A stretch of DNA of 35,075 nucleotides from a candidate division WOR-3 bacterium (GTDB lineage Bacteria > Hydrothermota > Tepidihabitantia > SM23-42 > CAYGYG01): the NCBI GenBank assembly GCA_965648915.1, contig CBFGIV010000023.1, forward strand, positions 1 through 35,075. Direction: 5' to 3'. Under the pieces are notes generated by a model. The model was not told the DNA's origin, ran no database searches, and saw only the letters and a list, made by a program, of their open reading frames with translations. The translations under genes were made by a program, and so were the position numbers. Shown here piece after piece: positions 18,234-27,172 of this stretch. How positions within the stretch are numbered: position 1 is the first letter of the stretch; each line of letters starts with the position of its first letter.

Positions 18234-18249
18234 GGGCACACTTTTTGCT
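18234..18249 (+). promoter_or_regulatory. sigma54 (-24/-12) promoter
   Basis: GGGCACACTTTTTGCT: GG(18235-6)-N10-GC(18247-8); predicted start near 18260, just before the AAGGAGG RBS. Confidence 0.7.
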
Positions 18250-18272
18250 TTATATATATTCAAGGAGGTTTT

Positions 18273-19118
18273 ATGAAAAAGAAAATAGCTTTATTGGCAG
18301 TAGTGTTCCTTTCTATCCTCTCTTTAAGATGTCCAAAACAGGATATCGAGGCTGATAAGGGCGCAATCCAATCCCTGATTCAATCTGATACAATCTGGTT
18401 TGGTGCAAGCACCAAGGTCGATTCAACCAGTCGGGTCTCAATCTTTGGTCCTGAGACTACGATCGTCTGGTGGCGTGGTGCCCAGACTCATAATCAACCA
18501 ACTATTCAGATTGAGGTTGTTGGTGATTCAGCCTGGGTCTCCTGGTCACGGGCGAACTTTGGTAATCTATACACACTTGCCAAATGGGATACAAATACAA
18601 CCTGGGTTCTCTGGACAAAAAAAGTTGCGGAGACTGCTCAAATCCGCGCAACTTTCTTAAGAACCGGCGACACCGGCGATGATAATCGGGGCTGGCAACT
18701 CCATACCATATCCCTTGCCTACGGTAAATCCGACTCGGTAAACACAGTCAGGATCGACAGCCTGAGAATCAAATCTTCTCGTTATCCAGACCTCGTAATC
18801 AGAGATCCGCTCAACAGTTATTATCGCATCGATAGTCTTCTTGCCTTTAAACCCGGTGAACCGGTGACGCTTACCCTTTACACGAATGTGATTGGTGGTC
18901 ATGCATTTCTCCATACTTTTATCTTTGTCTTCCCCTGGTATATAAGGGTCAACTTTATCGATAAAGGAAATGGTGTTTATGAAGGGACCTGGAATGCACA
19001 GATTATTGCAACCCCGCGCTGGGCGATATTTGATCTTATGCCCCATTCGACCCTCTATACGCCGGATAAACCCTATGACTTTAACGGCTGGCTTCTGCCT
19101 TATCAGATAAAGCAGTAA
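18273..19118 (+). CDS. Exported hypothetical protein, possible lipoprotein, beta-strand and Trp rich
   Basis: AAGGAGG RBS; MKKKIALLAVVFLSILSLRC leader; no family recognised. Confidence 0.75.
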   Translation: MKKKIALLAVVFLSILSLRCPKQDIEADKGAIQSLIQSDTIWFGASTKVDSTSRVSIFGPETTIVWWRGAQTHNQPTIQIEVVGDSAWVSWSRANFGNLYTLAKWDTNTTWVLWTKKVAETAQIRATFLRTGDTGDDNRGWQLHTISLAYGKSDSVNTVRIDSLRIKSSRYPDLVIRDPLNSYYRIDSLLAFKPGEPVTLTLYTNVIGGHAFLHTFIFVFPWYIRVNFIDKGNGVYEGTWNAQIIATPRWAIFDLMPHSTLYTPDKPYDFNGWLLPYQIKQ

Positions 19119-19139
19119 AGAAGAACTACCAATAAATTG

Positions 19140-19168
19140 AAAGGGCACACACCTGTGTGCCCTTTTTT
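19140..19168. terminator. Intrinsic (likely bidirectional) terminator
   Basis: AAAGGGCACAC-ACCT-GTGTGCCCTTT stem plus T run, between convergent genes. Confidence 0.85.
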
Positions 19169-19922
19169 ATTTATGGGCGATGATCACCAGGCGATTGGCC
19201 TGGTGATCATAGGGTCTGCCATCGAGACCACCATAAACTTCAAAGCATCTGAAACCTGAATCGATCAGCAGTCCGGTTAATTCGACCGCTGAATAGAGAC
19301 GATGGCTCAGATTGAACTTTTCAATTTTTCCATTTCTTATCAGATACCAGGAATTTTCAATCCAGCCCCAGCCGCGACAGATTCTATGTTCTTCAAAAAT
19401 AAGAGTATCTTGGTCTAACTTCCACCAGCTAAATGGTCTGAAGATCCGGGCCAGGATCTCTTTGCTCATCATCTCGATCATAAATTTCCCATTAGGCTTT
19501 AAGGCGGAGAAGATATTCTTAATTACCAGTTTATCATCAGCGATCTCTTGAAAATAACCAAAAGATGTATAAAGGTTTATCACCGCATCAAATTTATTAC
19601 CGCAGCGGAAATCTCGCATATCTTGCTGGACAAATTTTATTTTGAGTCTTTCGCTTCTTGCTTTTCTTCTGGCTTTGATTAAATACCCTTCAGTGCGGTC
19701 AACGCCGGTCACATTATATCCACGTCGAGCAAACTCTAAGGCGTGGCGCCCGGGCCCGCAACAGAGATCGAGAATCGTTGCCCCTTTTTTGATCCCGAGG
19801 AGAGCGATGATATCGGTGACTTCCTGAGCAGTTCTTTCCCAGATTTCCTTGCGGAATAGAACCGGTTCCCATTTTTTCCAGAAGTCATCATCCTCATACC
19901 AGATTTTTCTCTTTTTGGACAT
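19167..19922 (-). CDS. Class I SAM-dependent methyltransferase
   Basis: ILDLCCGPGRH, VTGVD, QDMR, FDAVINLYTSFGYF, LKPNG. Confidence 0.92.
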   Translation of the reverse strand: MSKKRKIWYEDDDFWKKWEPVLFRKEIWERTAQEVTDIIALLGIKKGATILDLCCGPGRHALEFARRGYNVTGVDRTEGYLIKARRKARSERLKIKFVQQDMRDFRCGNKFDAVINLYTSFGYFQEIADDKLVIKNIFSALKPNGKFMIEMMSKEILARIFRPFSWWKLDQDTLIFEEHRICRGWGWIENSWYLIRNGKIEKFNLSHRLYSAVELTGLLIDSGFRCFEVYGGLDGRPYDHQANRLVIIAHK

Positions 19923-19931
19923 ACTTACTTA

Positions 19932-19960
19932 AGTATAGGGGAGGGAATAATAAATGTCAA
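19932..19960 (-). promoter_or_regulatory. sigma70-type promoter, near-leaderless
   Basis: TTGACA(19960-19955)-N17-TATACT(19937-19932), 9 nt before ATG19922. Confidence 0.7.
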
Positions 19961-19989
19961 TTGATTTAATTTTTAATCACGCTGCGTTC

Positions 19990-20017
19990 TTGACAGTTAG
20001 GCAATTATCATTAAACT
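19990..20017 (+). promoter_or_regulatory. sigma70-type promoter, probably leaderless
   Basis: TTGACA(19990-19995)-N16-TAAACT(20012-20017), 6 nt before ATG20024; no SD. Confidence 0.7.
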
Positions 20018-20023
20018 AATCCG

Positions 20024-20647
20024 ATGCCTGAATGGTTTGCCTCGATATTTGAATGGTTGGTATCCCGGGATCCTGTATTAGTATATCTCTTTCTCTTTAT
20101 TAATGCCGCTTTCGAAAGTTTTTTCCCGCCTTATCCCAGTGACGGTGTTGTTTTGATAATCTCTTTTCTTGCCGGTCAGGGAGCATATAACCCTTTTTAT
20201 GTCTATCTTGCCACGCTGTTCGGGAGTTTTATTGGAGTTATGGTTATATACTATTTAGGTCGATATGAAGGCCGAAGGTTGGTATTGTTAATAAGGATTT
20301 TTAATGCGCGACATATTCAGGCGACCGAAAATATATTCAAGAAGTACGGAGAACCGATAATCTTTTTGAATCGCTTTCTGCCCGGTCTTCGGGCGCCCAT
20401 CTGTTTTGTGGCCGGGATAAGCAAAATTCAACCAGTAAAAATGGTTTTGTTCAGTTTTATAAGTATCGCCATCTGGAATGGAATTCTTATTCCCGTCGGA
20501 TTCGCCTTCGGGTCAAACTGGGAGCGGGCAAGTAGTTTTTTAAAGAGTTATAATTTGATTGCCTGGTTAATCATTACTATTCCCCTGATTGTTATTTTTT
20601 CTATATATTTATTAAGGAAATGGATTGTGAAATCGGCGGGAGGTTAA
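20024..20647 (+). CDS. DedA family membrane protein
   Basis: ESFFPPYPSD, YYLGR, FKKYG, RFLPGLRAPICFVAG. Confidence 0.9.
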   Translation: MPEWFASIFEWLVSRDPVLVYLFLFINAAFESFFPPYPSDGVVLIISFLAGQGAYNPFYVYLATLFGSFIGVMVIYYLGRYEGRRLVLLIRIFNARHIQATENIFKKYGEPIIFLNRFLPGLRAPICFVAGISKIQPVKMVLFSFISIAIWNGILIPVGFAFGSNWERASSFLKSYNLIAWLIITIPLIVIFSIYLLRKWIVKSAGG

Positions 20648-21334
20648 ATGGAGAAATATATGAAGATCAAAGATTGGCCCAGTGAAGAAAGACCGAGAGA
20701 AAAACTGGTACGTTATGGTGTCTATTATCTTTCTGACGCCGAACTTCTTGCAATTATCATCGGTAAGGGGATTAAGAAGAAGAACGCCCTGGATCTTGCC
20801 CGAGAACTGTTAAATCACTTCGGCGACCTTAAAACAATCGGCCAGCGTTCGGTCGCCGAACTGGTTGAAATCAAGGGGCTGGGCTGGACCAAAGCAGTCG
20901 AGATCCTTGCAGCACTGGAGTTGGGCCGGCGCTCTTTGGTCAAGAGAGATACACCCCAGAAGGCTTTTAGAAAACCTGAAGACCTTTATGAATACTATTA
21001 TCCATTGATTGGCCATTTGAAATATGAAGTGTTCAAGGTTATTCTAACCGACGGTCGCAATCGATTGATTAAGGATTCAACGATTTCCAAAGGAATTCTC
21101 GATGCTTCCCTCGTTCATCCCCGGGAGGTCTTTGCTCTGGCTCTAACTGAAAAAGCCAATGCGATCTTTTTGATTCACAACCATCCCAGTGGTAATCCTA
21201 AACCTTCAGAAGATGACATAAAGATTACCGAAAGGTTAGTTCGGGCCGGAGAGATTATGGGGATAAAGATTTTAGACCATATAATCATTGCTGAAGATGG
21301 TTATTACAGTTTTGCCGAAAAGAGACTACTGTGA
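20648..21334 (+). CDS. radC: RadC / UPF0758 JAB-domain protein
   Basis: [45 protein letters not shown]. Confidence 0.95.
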   Translation: MEKYMKIKDWPSEERPREKLVRYGVYYLSDAELLAIIIGKGIKKKNALDLARELLNHFGDLKTIGQRSVAELVEIKGLGWTKAVEILAALELGRRSLVKRDTPQKAFRKPEDLYEYYYPLIGHLKYEVFKVILTDGRNRLIKDSTISKGILDASLVHPREVFALALTEKANAIFLIHNHPSGNPKPSEDDIKITERLVRAGEIMGIKILDHIIIAEDGYYSFAEKRLL

Positions 21335-21389
21335 AATGGATCTGCGTGATATATGGAGATTGATTTTCCGTTCTCTTTATAAGAAGAGT

Positions 21390-21785
21390 ATGGATAAATT
21401 ACGTTCGCTTATCATATTTAATTTATCTTTATTTATTACGATCGGCAATTTTTCTTGCTGTTGCTGCCTCTGCCCGAGTCGTGGTAAGACCAAATCTGTA
21501 TACTACGGTATGGCGACATACTATGGTAAGGAGTTTCACGGCAAGAAGACGGCAAGTGGCGAAATGTTTAATATGTTTGATCTTACCGCGGCACACCGAA
21601 CTTTACCATTCGGAACAAAGGTTAGAGTTACAAATTTGAAAAATAATAAATCGGTAATTGTGAGAATCAACGACCGGGGTCCATTTGTTAAAGGAAGGAT
21701 CATCGACTTATCTTATGCTGCGGCTGAAAAGATCGACCTTATTATAATGGGTGAAACCAGAGTCAAGGTTGAGGTTCTTGATTAG
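21390..21785 (+). CDS. rlpA: Septal ring lytic transglycosylase RlpA family (DPBB only, no SPOR)
   Basis: [42 protein letters not shown]; start uncertain (ATG21336 or ATG21390). Confidence 0.9.
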   Translation: MDKLRSLIIFNLSLFITIGNFSCCCCLCPSRGKTKSVYYGMATYYGKEFHGKKTASGEMFNMFDLTAAHRTLPFGTKVRVTNLKNNKSVIVRINDRGPFVKGRIIDLSYAAAEKIDLIIMGETRVKVEVLD

Positions 21786-21809
21786 TTAAGACATAAAATT
21801 TATTCTATA

Positions 21810-23216
21810 TCAAATAAGTGATTGTCCGTCACTTTTTGCAACTGTTTCTCTTCCGCTCCATTTAAGAATTGTATTGAAGAGATCGGCAGTGCGGGCCGGC
21901 CGCTCATGCCATCCGGATTCATTATAGATCAGAGGCACAATCATATGTTCCCGATGGAGTGAACCGTGGGAGGCGTGATGCTCGGGCCATTCAAATTCTT
22001 TACGCAGATCACAGCCATTTTTCGAAATTACGACCAGATCACCGCACCGCGGTGCCGAAAAGAGTTGTGCAATCTGAATTAGGGCATCGGGATAATTTGA
22101 ATCAAAAGTTATTTTTAATGCACCTAAGGAATCGAGCGGTGTTGTAATAGGTCCATAGCCAAGTGGATCGCCTTGAATTGGACGGTAGGTCAAGCCATTT
22201 TGAGAAGTGATCAGCGCCCTGCCCCGTTTTGATTCAATTATGAAGGAATTTCGGCCTGCACGACCAATCACAATGTCAATCTCGGGCCGGTCCAGGAGTT
22301 CAAACCATATTGAACCGAGGATCTCTTTGATCCGGTTAATATCGCACTGTTCGTCAGGAGAGATGTCGAGAAAATAGACCTGGGCCATTGCATTGCCAGA
22401 GATCATAACTGAGAGTTTTGGTTTTAATTTCCAGATAATCGGATAGAATAAAGTGCTCAATTTACGATTTTCGAAAAAGTGGGCAAGATCGAGATGGTGA
22501 TTGGTTGGTGTGAGCCCATGGTCGGATGTTATAATTAAAAGGGTCTCTTCCCATCGTTTCTTCTTCTTCAATTCTTCCACAAACTTACCAACGGCGTAGT
22601 CGACATAGCGATATGCTGCAATCGTCTTATCATGACGCGGATGGAAGAGGTGCGAAAATGAATCGACATTAGGAAAGACGGCAAAGATAAAATCTGGTTC
22701 ATATTCGATGGCTCTGAGCAAACGCCGTGCTGCAATACGGTCGACAGAACCCCACTGGTCAGTAAGGTGAGCATAAGTGTAAGCAAAGGTTTTAATAATG
22801 CTGGTGAGATTATGCCCCCGTGGTAATCCACGGGTTATCATCGAAAATATATTATATGGATTTTCAAAATAATTAAAGAGCGTCTTTATCTTTAAGGGTA
22901 GATCATAATTGAGGAAAATCTGTTCAATTCCATTATAACTGCGGAGCCGGTTGATACTAAAAATTCTCTTCTTAAATTCGGCTTTATCCAGCCATCTTAT
23001 ACCCGGGATATTGATTGAACCTGGAAAGAAACCAGTCAGGAAAGGTAGATATGCTGGTCCGGTTGTAGATGGGGCACAAGAACAGGCGGTTCGGAATGTG
23101 CCATTTTTCACAATCTCTCTTTTAATATTAGGCAGATCGCCCATTTCGAGAAGTTCCTGCATTACATCCGAACGAGCACCATCGATCAGGAGGAGGACGA
23201 TTAGTTTTTTTGACAT
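21810..23216 (-). CDS. Alkaline phosphatase superfamily / nucleotide pyrophosphatase-phosphodiesterase
   Basis: LIDGAR, PSTTGP nucleophile loop, DSFSH, TSDHG, SHGSL metal ligands. Confidence 0.88.
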   Translation of the reverse strand: MSKKLIVLLLIDGARSDVMQELLEMGDLPNIKREIVKNGTFRTACSCAPSTTGPAYLPFLTGFFPGSINIPGIRWLDKAEFKKRIFSINRLRSYNGIEQIFLNYDLPLKIKTLFNYFENPYNIFSMITRGLPRGHNLTSIIKTFAYTYAHLTDQWGSVDRIAARRLLRAIEYEPDFIFAVFPNVDSFSHLFHPRHDKTIAAYRYVDYAVGKFVEELKKKKRWEETLLIITSDHGLTPTNHHLDLAHFFENRKLSTLFYPIIWKLKPKLSVMISGNAMAQVYFLDISPDEQCDINRIKEILGSIWFELLDRPEIDIVIGRAGRNSFIIESKRGRALITSQNGLTYRPIQGDPLGYGPITTPLDSLGALKITFDSNYPDALIQIAQLFSAPRCGDLVVISKNGCDLRKEFEWPEHHASHGSLHREHMIVPLIYNESGWHERPARTADLFNTILKWSGRETVAKSDGQSLI

Positions 23217-23259
23217 TGACTTGAAAAAATTTTGCGCCGCTGGGAAAGTAGGTGCAAAC

Positions 23260-24669
23260 CTAATGGAGAATTAGACCAACGAGTTTGAAGATGATATTAA
23301 TCGGTGCGTAAAGAATCAGAGGCAGGAGGAGAGAAAGGATTCCGAAAATTAAAACAATTAAGGACATCAAATCAGATCTCTTCCCAAACTTGAATTCCGC
23401 CGGTGATCCCATAAAGACTTTGATCCAGAGTCGCATAATATATAGCAGGCTGAAAATGGCGCCCAATCCAATACCGAAAGCGATCACAAAATTATGTTGT
23501 TGTAATGCACCAATTAATATCAAAAGTTTGGCAAAGAAACCACCGAATGGCGGTATCCCCATAATCGAAAGGGCGCAAAGGAAAAAGCCGAAGGTATTGA
23601 CCGGATATAATTTAGCCATACCGCCGAGCTGGCGGATGTCCCTTGTCTTCGTATAATGGTCAATCACGCCGGCACCGAGAAAGAGGCCGGCCTTTGCCAG
23701 TCCATGGGCGAGTATGTAAAATAGGGCACCAGCCACAGCCACCGGACTACCAAGGGTGAATCCAATAAGTATCAAACCGATCTGGCTTATCGTTGAGTAA
23801 GCAAGAATCCGTTTCATATCGTTTTCAACATAGGCCGCAAGGGCAGTTACCAGGACACCGATTAATATGAGCATTAGGAAGAATTCTTTGAATCCCGGAG
23901 GCAAGACTAAAGTAGTAAGAAAGATCCGGGCAAAGGCAAAGGCACCGATTTTGACTAAGACCGCCGCGTGGAGTAAAGCGGTGACTGGAGTGGGCGCAAC
24001 ACCGGCATCGGGTAACCAGGTCTGCATTGGTGCCTGGGCCGATTTGGCAAGGATTCCGGCAATTATTAATAAGGCAACCCCGAAGCCAGGGGTTGTGCCC
24101 CTGATCTGGCTGAATTGGAAACTGTGTGTTTGTTGAAAGAGTAGTTCAAAACCGATCAGCATACAGGTCGAGCCGAAGACCGTGATCAAAAACGCCTTAT
24201 CCGCATTGATCAGATGCTGTGGTTCTTCATAGTGATGCCCGATCAACCGCCAGGAGCAGATTGCCGTCAGTTCCCAGAAGATGTACATAAGGATTAGATT
24301 GGCCGAGTAGGCCAGCCCCATCATCGAACCGATGAAGAGTTGAACAAAAAAGTAATATCCCGTGGGGTGTTTATCATCCTCCATATACTCCAGTGAGTAG
24401 ATGACAATCAAGGCGCCAATCAGAGATGAACCAAATGCCATAAATGAAGCAAGGGGATCGGCCTTGAAGCAGATATTGAGTTCAGGTAAAAATGGAGATC
24501 GCCAGTGGAAGGTATACCCTCTTAAAATATAAGGAAGGCGCAGGGTTGTAAAGAGAGCAGGGAGGGAGGTGCAGATGACGGCAAGCCCTTCTCGCAATTT
24601 TTTGATCCGGCCGAAGATCAACACGGCAAAGGCACCGAAAATCGGAAATAGAATAGTTGCCATCATCAT
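23260..24669 (-). CDS. Antiporter-like membrane subunit (NuoL/MrpA/HyfB family) of the hydrogenase complex
   Basis: FWELT, KSAQAP, WLPDAGVAPTPVTALLHA, ILAYSTISQ, HGLAKA, GFFAK. Confidence 0.9.
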   Translation of the reverse strand: MMMATILFPIFGAFAVLIFGRIKKLREGLAVICTSLPALFTTLRLPYILRGYTFHWRSPFLPELNICFKADPLASFMAFGSSLIGALIVIYSLEYMEDDKHPTGYYFFVQLFIGSMMGLAYSANLILMYIFWELTAICSWRLIGHHYEEPQHLINADKAFLITVFGSTCMLIGFELLFQQTHSFQFSQIRGTTPGFGVALLIIAGILAKSAQAPMQTWLPDAGVAPTPVTALLHAAVLVKIGAFAFARIFLTTLVLPPGFKEFFLMLILIGVLVTALAAYVENDMKRILAYSTISQIGLILIGFTLGSPVAVAGALFYILAHGLAKAGLFLGAGVIDHYTKTRDIRQLGGMAKLYPVNTFGFFLCALSIMGIPPFGGFFAKLLILIGALQQHNFVIAFGIGLGAIFSLLYIMRLWIKVFMGSPAEFKFGKRSDLMSLIVLIFGILSLLLPLILYAPINIIFKLVGLILH

Positions 24670-24670
24670 C

Positions 24671-27172
24671 TTAATAACCTCCGGTAATGAGTTCGAGGTG
24701 AACAGTTAATACAAGCCGCAATATCAGAATTATACTTAAGATAATCATAAATAGCACCAGAACTTCTTCAGAACCGAATTTTTTGCGGACGGTAATTGTC
24801 GTTTGTCCTAAATATACTTTACGAAAGACCCGTAAAAATGCTGCAAGATTTAATAGTATAAATATACTTATCAGAAAGAGGGCGGTGCGACTGTTTTCAT
24901 AAAGGAGGGAGGTGAGAAATTTACTCAAAAAATTGGGACTGGGCGGCAGACAGGAGAGCATCAAGCCCCCGATGATAAAGCCTATTGCAGTTACACCGGT
25001 ATTTTTGACCAACCCCCGCATATCGTCAATTTTAATTTTCCCGGTGAGATTAATTGCGGTTTTGATCCCGATATAGATAAGTTCAAGTCCGATGAGGGAA
25101 TTGATCAGTTGATAGATACCGATTACGGTTCCAGCCGGATGGTTTGAGCCGAAACTGAGGAGGATCAGGCCAGACTGACCCGCAGTAATTGCCAGCAGAA
25201 ATTTTATTAAATTATCTTCGACCAGAGCCAGAAGCGGACCACCGAGCAAGAGCATAAAGGCGAAGGTCTGCAGGCTGAATGGGGTTCTGGTTGTTGCATA
25301 GTTTAATAAGCAAATCACCAGGATCAATATAAACCAGGCTGAAAGAGAACCGAGAGTTGAGCCTAAAAATCTCACTATCTCGGTGATTACCAGAATAAAT
25401 TTATCGATCAGACGGTCGATATATTTGAATACCAGATCGGAGAGTGATTCGGCAAATTTAATAAGCGCATTGTAAAGATCGTAGACACCACCTTCCGCAT
25501 TTTCGTAGAGATGGGTTAAGAACTTCATCTCTTTTATTGAGGAATAGAATTCAGTACCGGGGATCCGGGCTAACTCTTCAGCCATTATCTCACCACCGAC
25601 AAAGATCGGGCTCTTTTTCGGTCGGGAAGCGGTTCCCAGTAAAAAGATAACCAGACCCAGGACAAGACCGATGATGATCAGGATTGCAGCCAATGTTGGT
25701 GCCCAGAATCCGGGTTTGGCGACATAGAAGGGCAGGGAAGGATAGATAAAGAATCTCAGGGGCAGTTGGAGGGCAAAGACACCAAAAACGATACACAGGG
25801 TAGCCAGAAGTGCAGATGGCATACACATTGTGTAACTGGTCTCTCTTGTCTTATCGAGTGTTTTTGGGCGGTCACCGAGGAAGAGCGAATGGAGCATCTT
25901 GAGGGAGGCAGCCAGGGTCAGGATGCTGCCGAACATGGCCGCGATCAAAAAGATCGGCCAGAGTTTGGTTTCGCGGCTGAGTTCGATCACTCCTTGATAA
26001 ACAAGCCATTTGGAGTAGAAGCCGTTAAAAGGCGGCACGCCGGAAATGGCAAAGGCCGCGATCAGAAAAGATAGGAAAGTTACAGGCATCTTTGTTCCCA
26101 GTCCGCCGAGCTGTTCAAGCTTGGTTGTTTTTGTCCGGTGTTCAACCGAACCGGCGGACAAAAAGAGACAAGATTTATAGATGGCGTGATTGACCATATG
26201 GAAAAGCCCTCCAGCAATACCCACGGGTATGCCCGTTCCAATCCCAAGGACCATATAACCCACCTGGGAAACGGTGGAGAAGGAGAGAAGCTTCATCCCT
26301 TCCCTCTGAATCAACGCCATCAGCGCGGCCGCAACAATGGTCACCGAACCGATGGACAGTAAAAGAATCTTGAGGGGCATTGAAGAAGTTAAGTCGAATA
26401 TAAAGTATGACGCCCTGACCAACAGGTAGATACCTAATAACTTATCCAGGCTTGCTGGAACAAATGCCATAGTCGATGCTGGTGCAACCTTTGCGGCTTC
26501 GGGTATCCAGGTATGGAGGGGCATAGCACCGGCTTTAGCCAGGGCACCGATGATAATCAAAATGAAACTGAGAACGACCAGCGGATGGTCCAATCTCAAA
26601 GGATTCTCTAATATTATTGTTGCCACCCCGAAGTAGCTGAAAATTATTATGAAACCCAGAAGTAAGGAAATGTCAGAGATGCCGATGATGAGGAATGCTT
26701 TCTGGGCGGCTCTGGTTGGATCTTTCCGGCTTATCATCATCATTCCGTAGAGCAGGGCGACGAGTATACCCCAGAAAAAGACGACGAGAAAAAGATTATG
26801 GGCTAAGCAAACTCCATTGGCAGCCGCTAACGTCATCATGATATAGAAAAGGTAAAGACCTTCGGCCGGGTAGCCTTCAAGCGCGGTCGGCGAATAAAGA
26901 ATCAATAATGTTGCGAAGAATGAACAACTGATTACTATGAGACTTGATAGGGTATCGGCATAGAGAGATATCCATAAATGGTCGACTGCTATGAAACTAT
27001 GTAAAATAGGACCGGGTCGACTTAAGAAAAATATCCGGAAGGCGATATAGAGAGTAATCAAGACAGCACCGAGGCTTATCGGCCTTCGAATCGGTCTGAT
27101 CAATGACAATAATGCAAAGCCGGCCGGAACAACAATCGCCAGAATAAGCAGGATTCCGCGTGGGTCAGACAT
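24671..27172 (-). CDS. Extended antiporter-like membrane subunit (full module plus extra degenerate C-terminal half-module)
   Basis: KAGAMPLHTWIP, STVSQVGYM, HMVNHAIYK, PPFNGFYSKW; second partial repeat LALVEDNLIK...LPPSPNFLSK. Confidence 0.88.
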   Translation of the reverse strand: MSDPRGILLILAIVVPAGFALLSLIRPIRRPISLGAVLITLYIAFRIFFLSRPGPILHSFIAVDHLWISLYADTLSSLIVISCSFFATLLILYSPTALEGYPAEGLYLFYIMMTLAAANGVCLAHNLFLVVFFWGILVALLYGMMMISRKDPTRAAQKAFLIIGISDISLLLGFIIIFSYFGVATIILENPLRLDHPLVVLSFILIIIGALAKAGAMPLHTWIPEAAKVAPASTMAFVPASLDKLLGIYLLVRASYFIFDLTSSMPLKILLLSIGSVTIVAAALMALIQREGMKLLSFSTVSQVGYMVLGIGTGIPVGIAGGLFHMVNHAIYKSCLFLSAGSVEHRTKTTKLEQLGGLGTKMPVTFLSFLIAAFAISGVPPFNGFYSKWLVYQGVIELSRETKLWPIFLIAAMFGSILTLAASLKMLHSLFLGDRPKTLDKTRETSYTMCMPSALLATLCIVFGVFALQLPLRFFIYPSLPFYVAKPGFWAPTLAAILIIIGLVLGLVIFLLGTASRPKKSPIFVGGEIMAEELARIPGTEFYSSIKEMKFLTHLYENAEGGVYDLYNALIKFAESLSDLVFKYIDRLIDKFILVITEIVRFLGSTLGSLSAWFILILVICLLNYATTRTPFSLQTFAFMLLLGGPLLALVEDNLIKFLLAITAGQSGLILLSFGSNHPAGTVIGIYQLINSLIGLELIYIGIKTAINLTGKIKIDDMRGLVKNTGVTAIGFIIGGLMLSCLPPSPNFLSKFLTSLLYENSRTALFLISIFILLNLAAFLRVFRKVYLGQTTITVRKKFGSEEVLVLFMIILSIILILRLVLTVHLELITGGY

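Noticed and set aside
18140..18260. Riboswitch (e.g. c-di-GMP-I) in the structured leader
   Set aside because: Only GGCACAC resembles it; no GNRA/receptor or second stem; the sigma54 reading fits better
18173..18355. 60-aa ORF as a leader peptide
   Set aside because: TTG start without RBS; overlaps promoter elements and the real gene in another frame
18657..19148. 163-aa minus-strand ORF
   Set aside because: Antisense to the exported-protein gene, which has RBS, promoter and terminator support
20648..21334. radC as marker of a mobile or anti-defence element
   Set aside because: Full-length chromosomal-type RadC between DedA and rlpA genes; no mobile genes nearby
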